Shown: piece by piece, positions 9,342 to 16,902 of the stretch
How positions within the stretch are numbered: the first letter of the stretch is position 1
How the letters are laid out: the number at the start of each line of letters is the position of its first letter
DNA from: a virus
DNA length: 64,000 nt
Reading direction: 5' to 3' (one strand)
IMG/VR virus record: IMGVR_UViG_3300021091_000014
Coordinates: 1-64,000 of that record
The notes under the pieces: generated by a model
Told to the model about the DNA's origin: nothing
What the model saw: only the letters and a program-made list of their open reading frames with translations
The model's database searches: none
Made by a program: the position numbers and the translations under genes

Positions 9342-9572
9342 ATGACAAAGAAGAAAACAATTATGATGCGATATTTTAATATATTTTTTAGTCTCGCCCC
9401 GGCACCGGTATTTTTTATAGGGGCATTATTAAGTTATTTTTATTCACATCATGGTATAGAAATGCCGTTAATGTGGATAGTAATGTGTATGGCCCATATA
9501 AGCCCGTGGTTGATGTGGTGGCAACAGAGAGCTTTTCAAAAATTCCAAACTCTTCCAGACAAACAGCAGTGA
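9342..9572 (+). CDS. small membrane protein
   Basis: Two hydrophobic segments. Confidence 0.65.
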   Translation: MTKKKTIMMRYFNIFFSLAPAPVFFIGALLSYFYSHHGIEMPLMWIVMCMAHISPWLMWWQQRAFQKFQTLPDKQQ

Positions 9573-9784
9573 TAGTGTCCGTTGATTACAGCCACTATAT
9601 CACGATATAAGTCCCACAACCGTTCGGGGTACTGTTCGTAGTAGCCGTTGGTAATGTAGCCTATATCATAAGCACGTACAGTACCAACCGGTCCACGAAT
9701 ATACATCCAAGTAACTGGCCCATGGTCACTGTTACTTACCACGTCTTGAGCGAACCCTAGATGATCTATTTCTATCCATTCCAT
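9536..9784 (-). CDS. hypothetical protein (possible lone minus-strand gene)
   Basis: 82-aa ORF in a gap with no + strand ORF; TTTAAATA late-like box upstream on the minus strand. Confidence 0.5.
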   Translation of the reverse strand: MEWIEIDHLGFAQDVVSNSDHGPVTWMYIRGPVGTVRAYDIGYITNGYYEQYPERLWDLYRDIVAVINGHYHCCLSGRVWNF

Positions 9785-9798
9785 CTAATATATATTTA

Positions 9799-9817
9799 AA
9801 TAAGAATTATTCTTATT
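9799..9817. promoter_or_regulatory. 9-1-9 palindrome AATAAGAATTATTCTTATT (Fur-box-like)
   Basis: Perfect inverted repeat in intergenic DNA. Confidence 0.7.
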
Positions 9818-9954
9818 AAAGTAATAGCCTGGAGATAATGTGTTTGTGTGGGGTAGAGTTAGCATAGGGAGACGCGTTTATGCCCGTATGCCTCCCAGAA
9901 AACAATACCGGGTATACCTTACTAAAGTGTACGGAGATAACAGGGATTCCGCAG

Positions 9955-9983
9955 TTGATTTTAATTCCGTAAACCGTCATAAT
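9955..9983 (+). promoter_or_regulatory. early promoter TTGATT-17-CATAAT
   Basis: Nearly the same sequence as the promoter at 643. Confidence 0.75.
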
Positions 9984-10009
9984 TAGTGTATAGTGAATAA
10001 GGAGATTGA

Positions 10010-10180
10010 ATGATGGGGTTATTAGAGATTCTAAATGTGTTGTTGATTGGGTGGTTTGTGGGCTTTGTATCGTTTGCCTTTATTGATTGCTTTATGATTT
10101 CCCGCCGTATTCGGAAAGACCGTGAGCGGACGGATATGGAAATCGCTCGTATCAAAGCCGCACGTTCCGTAACGCGTTGA
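10010..10180 (+). CDS. small membrane protein, not in ORF track
   Basis: 56-aa ORF (MMGLLEILNVLLIGWFVG...) after AAGGAGA SD. Confidence 0.65.
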   Translation: MMGLLEILNVLLIGWFVGFVSFAFIDCFMISRRIRKDRERTDMEIARIKAARSVTR

Positions 10181-10205
10181 TCTTAATTAAGTAATAGCCT
10201 ACAAT
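10177..10205 (+). promoter_or_regulatory. early promoter TTGATC-17-TACAAT
   Basis: Spacing and consensus; ATG 6 nt downstream of the -10 suggests a leaderless mRNA. Confidence 0.65.
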
Positions 10206-10211
10206 TATATT

Positions 10212-10658
10212 ATGATTAAAGTATTAAAGCCAACAGATGAGTTTGACCAAGACCTGAAAGCCAGAGGTCTTCGTCGGACTCAGGAATTAGCCGATATCGT
10301 GGCAAGTGATACCGGTAAAAAAGACGCCGAGGGGAATCCGATCTATACCTTTGGCGGGGTGTATCGTCAGAAGATCGTTCCTATTGATAATGAAGTACCA
10401 CTTGTGAAGAAGAAAAGAGGAGCTGCTAGAATGAATGTTGAGCAAAATGTAGTAAAGGCCAAAGGTGCCGTGTATACCTTTAAGAAAGCCCCCCGTGAGG
10501 GTAGCAAGCTTTCAACCGCCGTTGGAATCGTTGGTGCCACCGGTAAAGATGATAAACCGGCCTGTATTAATGCCATTGCCACCACCATGGGTGTAACCAA
10601 GGGCAATGCCTCAATCTACTACGCCAAAGCCAAAGCCCTGATTGAGGCTGGCCTGTAA
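10212..10658 (+). CDS. early protein with C-terminal HTH-like motif (MGVTKGNASIYY)
   Basis: Motif shared with 17353 and 57478 ORFs. Confidence 0.7.
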   Translation: MIKVLKPTDEFDQDLKARGLRRTQELADIVASDTGKKDAEGNPIYTFGGVYRQKIVPIDNEVPLVKKKRGAARMNVEQNVVKAKGAVYTFKKAPREGSKLSTAVGIVGATGKDDKPACINAIATTMGVTKGNASIYYAKAKALIEAGL

Positions 10659-10699
10659 TTAGATTTAGATGGGGGAGGGGCGGTGATCCGCCTACTCTT

Positions 10700-11058
10700 A
10701 AACAACAGCAACTCGTCGGGAGACGCTCGGTGTGCCCCTTATAGATGACGCTTTTTTGGGGAAGTGGCGAGAGACCATTTGTGGATTGCGCCTACTTTTA
10801 AACGACTATGTGAAGTGCCCCTTACATAAACTCGTTGGCTCATCACCAACTAGTGTGACCCGCATGAAGGAAGTGGACTGATAATCCACGGGTGGTTCTG
10901 GTAGAAAGACCTACTACGGTGACGTAGTAGCCCAAACCTACCACATCGAAAGATGCCGTCTAACCGAACGGGCGTTGGCAATACGAGAATCTCCATAGTG
11001 GGCGAGTGGATGGAAGGCGAAAGCTATAGTTACCACGGCTATGGAGAAGCACCCTATT
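10700..11058 (+). ncRNA. candidate large structured non-coding RNA
   Basis: ORF-free, GC-richer segment with many stems and several GNRA tetraloops; boundaries approximate. Confidence 0.65.
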
Positions 11059-11061
11059 ACG

Positions 11062-11157
11062 AATAAGACTTATTCTTATCTCCAGGACCGCGGCCTAGCT
11101 ATCTCCTATCATCAAACCCCACAGCTAGCCGTGGTCCACCCCCACGGCTCCTCGTGG
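11062..11157. repeat. regulatory cassette copy 2: AATAAGACTTATTCTTATC + CCACAGCTAGCCGTGG + CCACGGCTCCTCGTGG
   Basis: Matches the 5101-5163 cassette. Confidence 0.85.
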
Positions 11158-11168
11158 TTTTTTGATAG

Positions 11169-11197
11169 TTGATTTTATTTCCTAAGAATTAGATAAT
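11169..11197 (+). promoter_or_regulatory. early promoter TTGATT-17-GATAAT
   Basis: Consensus and spacing. Confidence 0.7.
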
Positions 11198-11227
11198 TGA
11201 TGTATGATGAATAAAAAGGAGATATCA

Positions 11228-11545
11228 ATGAAGTTCACGAAATACGCCATCTACCAGCTTCCCTTTGAGAATGAGAATTCTCGGGATCTGTCGTTCATGA
11301 GTGCCTATCAGGTCCAAGAAATCAGTGATCAGTTCGAATTTGTAGCGATAATTGAAGCCCACTCCCTAGACCACGTCTTTCTGATTTCCAATTCTCCTAG
11401 TGGTGAGTTTGAAACCCTGATTGATCGAGTGCAGCCGATGCATTCCTTGTCCGTAGGTGACATTGTTCATAACCTCGATACGGATGAGACGTACGTAGTA
11501 GCAAACTATGGATGGTCAAAAATCGACATGAAGGAGTCTGTATAA
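11228..11545 (+). CDS. YodL-like domain protein
   Basis: YAIYQL...LDHVF..SN...HSLSVGDIV signature. Confidence 0.7.
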   Translation: MKFTKYAIYQLPFENENSRDLSFMSAYQVQEISDQFEFVAIIEAHSLDHVFLISNSPSGEFETLIDRVQPMHSLSVGDIVHNLDTDETYVVANYGWSKIDMKESV

Positions 11546-11775
11546 TGGTAACGATGCAGGATTTGTTGCAAAAAGTGCTTTCTCTGCCCCCTAGTGATTT
11601 AAAACTCATTGGTGAGTCATTGGCCTGGTATAGTCCTTCTCAGGCCGAAACCCTGAAGAACGCTATCTCATTTGCCCAGCAGGAATTAGATAGTATGGAA
11701 ATGAGAGAGCAGCAATATGAGGAGGCCTCTAGAATGGCCGATATGGATTGTATACAGTATGGAGAACGTGTATAA
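11545..11775 (+). CDS. hypothetical protein
   Basis: TAATG coupling, AAGGAG SD. Confidence 0.65.
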   Translation: MVTMQDLLQKVLSLPPSDLKLIGESLAWYSPSQAETLKNAISFAQQELDSMEMREQQYEEASRMADMDCIQYGERV

Positions 11776-12023
11776 TGAAAGAATTAATTAAATCATTAAG
11801 ACAGCCCATGTTTGCCTCTAGAGATAGTATTGAGGAGGCGTATGATTATATGCAGATGGTAGCCAATGCTACTGATAATCCAATGGCTGTTATCACAGCA
11901 TGCCAGGTACTAGTCAATACTATATGTAATGAATTAGAGAAGATCATACAGGCTGTAGAAGAAGATACTAGCAATCCATATAGAGAATTAGAAGCTATCG
12001 TTGGGATGTGGGCTCGTGAGTAA
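11775..12023 (+). CDS. hypothetical protein
   Basis: TAATG coupling, GGAG SD. Confidence 0.65.
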   Translation: MKELIKSLRQPMFASRDSIEEAYDYMQMVANATDNPMAVITACQVLVNTICNELEKIIQAVEEDTSNPYRELEAIVGMWARE

Positions 12024-12253
12024 ATTTATATTGGGGGTGATTATTGGATGGTTTCTCACCTCCATTAATTTCTGGCCATTTTTACTGGGATTTATACAGG
12101 GGGTGGTCAATGGGTGAGAGCCCCCGTTCGGTTCTAGTTTGGTGAAGTACTACCTTGCTGTATGGGTTATGGGCGCGTTCGAGTGGGTTCGGTTTTGCAT
12201 CCTAAAAAACCAGACCCCCCGATTCCAAAAATTTTTCCCGCGCCAAACCCCCC

Positions 12254-12282
12254 TTGAAAGTCCCAATCATATACTATACAAT
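12254..12282 (+). promoter_or_regulatory. early promoter TTGAAA-17-TACAAT
   Basis: Consensus and spacing; AAGGAG SD downstream. Confidence 0.65.
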
Positions 12283-12305
12283 ACTACATTATAAGGAGTA
12301 TAACT

Positions 12306-12428
12306 ATGACTGATAATAAACTTAAAAAGACTCAATTGCCTACGCGTTTGGTGAATAAGCCGGTCCCTAAACCTAAACCGGCTCCTATGAAAAAGGTCAT
12401 CCAGCGTACCTCCGGGCGAGGGCGATAG
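12306..12428 (+). CDS. 40-aa basic K/P/R-rich peptide, not in ORF track
   Basis: MTDNKLKK...QRTSGRGR; strong SD. Confidence 0.6.
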   Translation: MTDNKLKKTQLPTRLVNKPVPKPKPAPMKKVIQRTSGRGR

Positions 12429-12968
12429 ATGTTAAATGAAACGTTTTTAACCCCGGTACTGTATAAACATGGCAAGAGGGTGGAGTTGTTGGAAAGGATG
12501 CTTAATTCTAAACCATCAGAACAATGGATGGATGTGCCAGCGCCCGGTAAAAAGGTTGCCGTAAGGCCCATCACTACAGAATTGTTTAGTGATGATTTAA
12601 AAGACATGCTCAATGCATGTAGGTGGGCCAATGAGGAGTGGTTTGGATATGATGTGTTTGAGCGTTTACCCGTCACCATGAACCTTAACACCTACGGTGT
12701 AGGGGATGAATATGCCATGCATGTGGATTTCAAGTCCAAAGGTTCACCGGCGGCGGCCAAGTTAACATGCATTCTCAACCTCTCAACCGAACCATATGAG
12801 GGTGGGGAGTTTGAAATCTATTGGGAAGGAAAGGTGAAGACATTAGATTCATTCATGCCCGGGCATTTGTTGGTGTTTCCATCCTTTATTCATCATAGAG
12901 TGACACCTATCAAAGAAGGCACCAGACATTCATTGACATTGTGGCTTTCGGGACCGGCCTGGAAGTAA
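12429..12968 (+). CDS. 2OG-Fe(II) oxygenase (PKHD/P4H-like)
   Basis: HVD, KLT, YEGGEF, FPSF..HRVTP, R.SL..W. Confidence 0.85.
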   Translation: MLNETFLTPVLYKHGKRVELLERMLNSKPSEQWMDVPAPGKKVAVRPITTELFSDDLKDMLNACRWANEEWFGYDVFERLPVTMNLNTYGVGDEYAMHVDFKSKGSPAAAKLTCILNLSTEPYEGGEFEIYWEGKVKTLDSFMPGHLLVFPSFIHHRVTPIKEGTRHSLTLWLSGPAWK

Positions 12969-13010
12969 TTTTTTAAATGTATTATAATGGTAGTGTAAAG
13001 GAGAATTGTA

Positions 13011-13268
13011 ATGGTAATGACTAAAGAAAATGAGATTTTATCTATTTTACAAGAAGAGTGTGCCGAAGTAATTCAGGCCATTTCCAAGGTTCGGAGGTTT
13101 GGAAAAGAAAACAACGTAGCTGGTCTATGCCAGGAGATTGCCGATTGTGAATACTTAATCAAATTAGCCAAACTAAACATTCCCGAAATAAATCAGTACA
13201 ATTTTGGATTAGCCGAACAACGCAAGCACGAAAAACTAAGGGTGTATTCAAACTTATTTAAAGATTAA
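13011..13268 (+). CDS. MazG-like NTP pyrophosphohydrolase
   Basis: ILQEECAEVIQAISK...EIAD. Confidence 0.7.
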   Translation: MVMTKENEILSILQEECAEVIQAISKVRRFGKENNVAGLCQEIADCEYLIKLAKLNIPEINQYNFGLAEQRKHEKLRVYSNLFKD

Positions 13269-13302
13269 ACTTCTGGCCCCGTCTCCTTCGGAGAGGATGT
13301 AG

Positions 13303-13917
13303 ATGCTATTTAAAAACAACGTTAGCCCGGATTGGTCCTACCCCCTTGGACCGATGGATGCACTTACCAGTGTGATTTTTTCCAAAGACATCTTTGATCA
13401 AAAAGATTTGGAATTGATTGAGGAGGCATCTACGTGGTTTAAATCCAAGCCCGGAAAAGTAGATGAGAAGAACGAAGTCAATTTAAATGTTAGAAATGCC
13501 GAGATAACGTTCTTTAAGTACAAAGAGTCCCTCAAGCCCATTTATGATAAGCTTGCCGAATGCATCCACTACCACAACGACCTGTATTTTAGGTTTAGAA
13601 TTGGATTTATAGAAATTCTACAATATACTGAATATAAAGAAGGATGCTTTTATGACTGGCACCCCGATTGTATTCAAAAAAACTACAACATATTCTACGA
13701 ACAGAGAAAGATATCCATTACTATTCAATTGAGTGATGCATCAGAATATGAGGGTGGGGAGTTGGAATTCTGGCACCCCACCACCCCCCGCACAGCCCCA
13801 AAGGAAAAGGGAACCGTAATTATGTTTCCTTCTTATTATTATCATAGAGTAAAGCCAGTGACCAAGGGCAAAAGAGTTTCTTTAGTATCATGGATTAACG
13901 GTCCAGACTTTTGTTAG
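13303..13917 (+). CDS. 2OG-Fe(II) oxygenase (PKHD-type)
   Basis: LQYTEY, WHPD, RKISITIQL, YEGGEL, HRVKPV, RVSLVSW. Confidence 0.9.
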   Translation: MLFKNNVSPDWSYPLGPMDALTSVIFSKDIFDQKDLELIEEASTWFKSKPGKVDEKNEVNLNVRNAEITFFKYKESLKPIYDKLAECIHYHNDLYFRFRIGFIEILQYTEYKEGCFYDWHPDCIQKNYNIFYEQRKISITIQLSDASEYEGGELEFWHPTTPRTAPKEKGTVIMFPSYYYHRVKPVTKGKRVSLVSWINGPDFC

Positions 13918-13924
13918 GTGAAAA

Positions 13925-14110
13925 ATGATTAAAGTAAAATTTAAGTATAAAGATCATCCTTACTCAAACCTCTTTAAATTTTTTTCCGATAGTGAAAAAG
14001 CGCTAAAGTATTGTGACGATATAAAAGAACATTGTGACATTTTGGACGTCTACGACGTAGATACAAATGAGTCATTTTGGATTAAGGATAAAAAATTGCT
14101 TGTTGAGTGA
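13925..14110 (+). CDS. hypothetical protein
   Basis: 61-aa ORF. Confidence 0.55.
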   Translation: MIKVKFKYKDHPYSNLFKFFSDSEKALKYCDDIKEHCDILDVYDVDTNESFWIKDKKLLVE

Positions 14111-14243
14111 TTTTATTATAATAGTTGATTGGTAATAAAGTTTAGTATATTATTAATGGAAAGTCCTAGCCTGATAACGGAACCCGCTACCCATCGGTAA
14201 CTATGGACCGTTTATGGATGACGATTTAAAAAAGGAAAATTAC

Positions 14244-14471
14244 ATGAAAAAAACAGTTGCAATTCTAACAGCATTAATGTTCACAATGCCTGTTTTTGCT
14301 CAAACAAAACCAGCAGAAAAAAAAGAAGAAGCAAAGGGGGCGGTAAAACAACCTCCTCCCCCAAACATTCCTGAGCCAAAGCATGCTACCAAGCCTGCTG
14401 AAAAGAAAGATGTCAAGCCTGCAGCCAAACCAGCTGACAAGCCAGCAGAAAAGAAAGAAGCAAAGAAGTAA
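14244..14471 (+). CDS. exported K/P/A-rich low-complexity protein
   Basis: Signal peptide ending VFA; KPAEKK repeats; AAGGA SD. Confidence 0.7.
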   Translation: MKKTVAILTALMFTMPVFAQTKPAEKKEEAKGAVKQPPPPNIPEPKHATKPAEKKDVKPAAKPADKPAEKKEAKK

Positions 14472-14483
14472 TAAATAGTTTTA

Positions 14484-14770
14484 TGATCGTATGAAGTAGA
14501 TCAAAAGGTGTTCTGGACGGGGGTGCAAATCCCCCCACCTCCACCAAAAGGAACTTGATGCATCAGGTTTTTTTTGATGGGGGTGACTAGTTTCGACAGG
14601 GCAATGAGTAGAGAAATGGACGATCCGGCAATGTGAAAGCCGTTAGGGTTGAGACTTCTCGGCCAAAGAAACAAAACGTTAAACGCAAACGACGAAAGAT
14701 TTGCACTGGCAGCCTAAACGCTGACCGGAGTTTTTACCTGTTTTCCTTGGCAACAGAAAAAACAGGTTCC
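14484..14770 (+). ncRNA. ssrA: circularly permuted (two-piece) tmRNA, tag (A)ANDERFALAA
   Basis: T-arm and CACCTCCACCA end at 14546 precede the 5' end GGGGGTG at 14579; the acceptor stem pairs with G3:U70; tag ORF 14685-14717; hairpin and U-tract ~14737-14777. Confidence 0.92.
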
Positions 14771-14787
14771 ATTTTTTAGAGGACAAA

Positions 14788-15318
14788 ATGACCTATACCG
14801 AACTAACAGTATTTGAAAGGGAATTAACATTAAACTATTCCCCTCTTACAACCTACCTTTCATTAAAAAATATTAACCGATTGCATAAGTGGCACCCGTA
14901 TTTTTATTTTAGTGATCCCGGTCCCCATCTGTTAGAGAATACCTATATTGATTACTATCAGCAACCTCACAACTACAACTATGTTATCGTAACTAATTTC
15001 TTTAACATGCTTGATGGGGATATATTCTTTAGAAAGCTCACTTTTCTTCACCGCGCTATTGGAGAAAACTTCTCAGTATCTAGGAATAAATTGGATCTTG
15101 AATTTGATTATGTTGAAGATAATGAAGAGGCTACAAAAATAAACGTTGTTAGAAGACTAATTGTTTCTGGAAACCCTGACTCAGTTGAAAATCAAAACAG
15201 TATTAGCAATGCATATGATAGGACAGATTTAATTTTTAGAACAATACAGGAACTAGAACCATTTGGTAACGACGGGCTTCTTTGCTATAAAAATAAACCG
15301 GCCGGGCCGCAGCGGTAG
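14788..15318 (+). CDS. hypothetical protein
   Basis: 176-aa ORF, GAGGA SD. Confidence 0.65.
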   Translation: MTYTELTVFERELTLNYSPLTTYLSLKNINRLHKWHPYFYFSDPGPHLLENTYIDYYQQPHNYNYVIVTNFFNMLDGDIFFRKLTFLHRAIGENFSVSRNKLDLEFDYVEDNEEATKINVVRRLIVSGNPDSVENQNSISNAYDRTDLIFRTIQELEPFGNDGLLCYKNKPAGPQR

Positions 15319-15344
15319 ATTATAGCATGATGTAACTTTTCGTT

Positions 15345-15866
15345 ATGGATAAAACAATACAGACCTTTTTTATTAATAAAGAGCTTTTACATGAGACTAA
15401 AAAATTTCTTTTAAAATGTGTTGCTTTAAAAGAACATTTAGAATTATCTAAGGTCACAACAAGAAATGGTACTCAAACAGTAAATATAGTAAATTTTATT
15501 GATGAGGAGCTCCTGTCAGAAATTTATAAAGTAGCGTCAAACTATATTGACCAATATTATTATAATAACCTACTGTTCTGTGACTTTAATATTGACCACA
15601 TGCATCTTATAAAGTATGATACCGGTGGATACCAGAGAACACACAACCATCAAACCTCAGACGATCACTCATTTATCTTATATTTAAATAGTAGTGATGG
15701 AGGAACAGCTTTTTACAACGACGTTACACCTACCGTAATTACTCCTGAAGAAGGTAAAATTGTATTTTTTAGTAGTTCAATTAATCATGAAGCATTACAG
15801 TGTACAAATGAAAAGCAGGTAGCAGTTGGTAGGCTAAGATTTGTACATAAGGTCTGGTCAAAATAA
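15345..15866 (+). CDS. 2OG-Fe(II) oxygenase-like
   Basis: Y..GGYQ..HNH, SFILYLN, GGT.F, P.EGKIVFF, HEA. Confidence 0.7.
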   Translation: MDKTIQTFFINKELLHETKKFLLKCVALKEHLELSKVTTRNGTQTVNIVNFIDEELLSEIYKVASNYIDQYYYNNLLFCDFNIDHMHLIKYDTGGYQRTHNHQTSDDHSFILYLNSSDGGTAFYNDVTPTVITPEEGKIVFFSSSINHEALQCTNEKQVAVGRLRFVHKVWSK

Positions 15867-15876
15867 ACTGAGATTG

Positions 15877-15950
15877 GCCCTGTTAGTATAATGGTATTAC
15901 AGTGGATTTGTAATCCTCTAATGGCAGTTCAATTCTGTCACAGGGCACCA
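15877..15950 (+). tRNA. tRNA-Thr(TGT)
   Basis: GCCCTGT/ACAGGGC acceptor stem, loop TTTGTAA, encoded CCA. Confidence 0.9.
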
Positions 15951-15963
15951 TTAGGAGATTGTT

Positions 15964-16146
15964 ATGATTAAATACGTATTAATTATTTGGTTAGGAACTA
16001 TAGATAATTTTGCCGACTACGCAGAATTTTATTCGTACAAGGAATGTGAGGAGAAAAGAGCACAGGTTTTAAGAGCTCTTATTCAAGCACAATCTCAAAT
16101 GAATCTTACATGCAGGATCAGATATACAATGGAGGAAAAAAGATGA
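15964..16146 (+). CDS. hypothetical protein
   Basis: AGGAGA SD; two Cys. Confidence 0.6.
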   Translation: MIKYVLIIWLGTIDNFADYAEFYSYKECEEKRAQVLRALIQAQSQMNLTCRIRYTMEEKR

Positions 16147-16346
16147 GCGATGGAGGAAAAGGATCTTCTCCAAGACCACTCTCAGTAGACTTAGAAACGT
16201 TTGACAATAACTGGAATATGATTTTTAAGAAAAATAAGTGGGATCATTATAGTGATCTTCCCAACCCGGATGCATATAGTAACGATTATCAGGATATTTT
16301 GTCTACGGAAGATTGTGTTTTAGATGCGCTTGAAAAGAAACAATAA
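16143..16346 (+). CDS. small phage protein (MSDGGKGSSPRP)
   Basis: GGAGG SD; recognisable phage motif. Confidence 0.65.
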   Translation: MSDGGKGSSPRPLSVDLETFDNNWNMIFKKNKWDHYSDLPNPDAYSNDYQDILSTEDCVLDALEKKQ

Positions 16347-16358
16347 ATATTTTTACGG

Positions 16359-16387
16359 TTGAAGTAATTATCCGCTGTAGCTATAAT
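16359..16387 (+). promoter_or_regulatory. promoter TTGAAG-17-TATAAT for the tRNA cluster
   Basis: Consensus -10, 9 nt before tRNA-Arg. Confidence 0.7.
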
Positions 16388-16396
16388 CATAAGTAT

Positions 16397-16472
16397 CTGA
16401 CTGTAGCTCAGTGGATAGAGCAACAGCCTTCTAAGCTGTGGGGCGCAGGTTCGATCCCTGCCAGTCAGGCCA
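16397..16472 (+). tRNA. tRNA-Arg(TCT)
   Basis: CTGACTG/CAGTCAG stem, loop CTTCTAA, TTCGA T-loop, CCA. Confidence 0.95.
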
Positions 16473-16493
16473 TTTTTTAAATTAGGAGAAGTC

Positions 16494-16718
16494 ATGGAAA
16501 TTTTAATTCTTGCAGTTGTAGCTGTTGTCATCGGTGGTTGGATTTACATTCAATACAACAAAAAGGCCATTGATACTAACAAAGATGGAAAGGTCGATGC
16601 TGCTGAGGTAAAGGCTGCTGTTACAGCTGAGGTAAAAGAAGTAGCTAAGAAAGCTACTGCTAAAGCTAAGGTTGTTAAAGAAAAAGTATCTGCTGCTAAG
16701 AAAACCGCAAAGAAATAA
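16494..16718 (+). CDS. membrane-anchored protein with EF-hand-like loop and K/A-rich tail
   Basis: N-terminal TM; DTNKDGKVDAAE. Confidence 0.7.
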   Translation: MEILILAVVAVVIGGWIYIQYNKKAIDTNKDGKVDAAEVKAAVTAEVKEVAKKATAKAKVVKEKVSAAKKTAKK

Positions 16719-16724
16719 TCTTTT

Positions 16725-16809
16725 GCGGTTGTGGTGGAATTGGTAGACACAGCAGACTTAAAATCTGCCGGCGATAGCCGTGCCGGTTCGAGTCCGGCCT
16801 CCCGCACCA
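16725..16809 (+). tRNA. tRNA-Leu(TAA), two acceptor-stem mismatches
   Basis: GCAGA-CTTAAAA-TCTGC anticodon arm, long variable arm, CCA. Confidence 0.9.
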
Positions 16810-16902
16810 ATATTTTATTATGTTAATAATTATATCAAGATTTCTAGCTCTGGCCTTCTGCGTAAGCTTTTGGGTAGGTGTATTTTATTATTTTTTTTAT
16901 TA

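Noticed and set aside
10700-11058. RNase P RNA, group I/II intron or hammerhead
   Set aside because: No GAGGAAAGTCC/P4 signature, no domain V, no flanking split gene and no CTGANGA..GAAA core found.
14521-14546. Truncated tRNA or attachment site
   Set aside because: Explained as the acceptor piece of the permuted tmRNA; no integrase in the window.
16289-16810. Minus-strand ORFs 16289-16531 and 16550-16810
   Set aside because: Antisense translations of tRNA genes.
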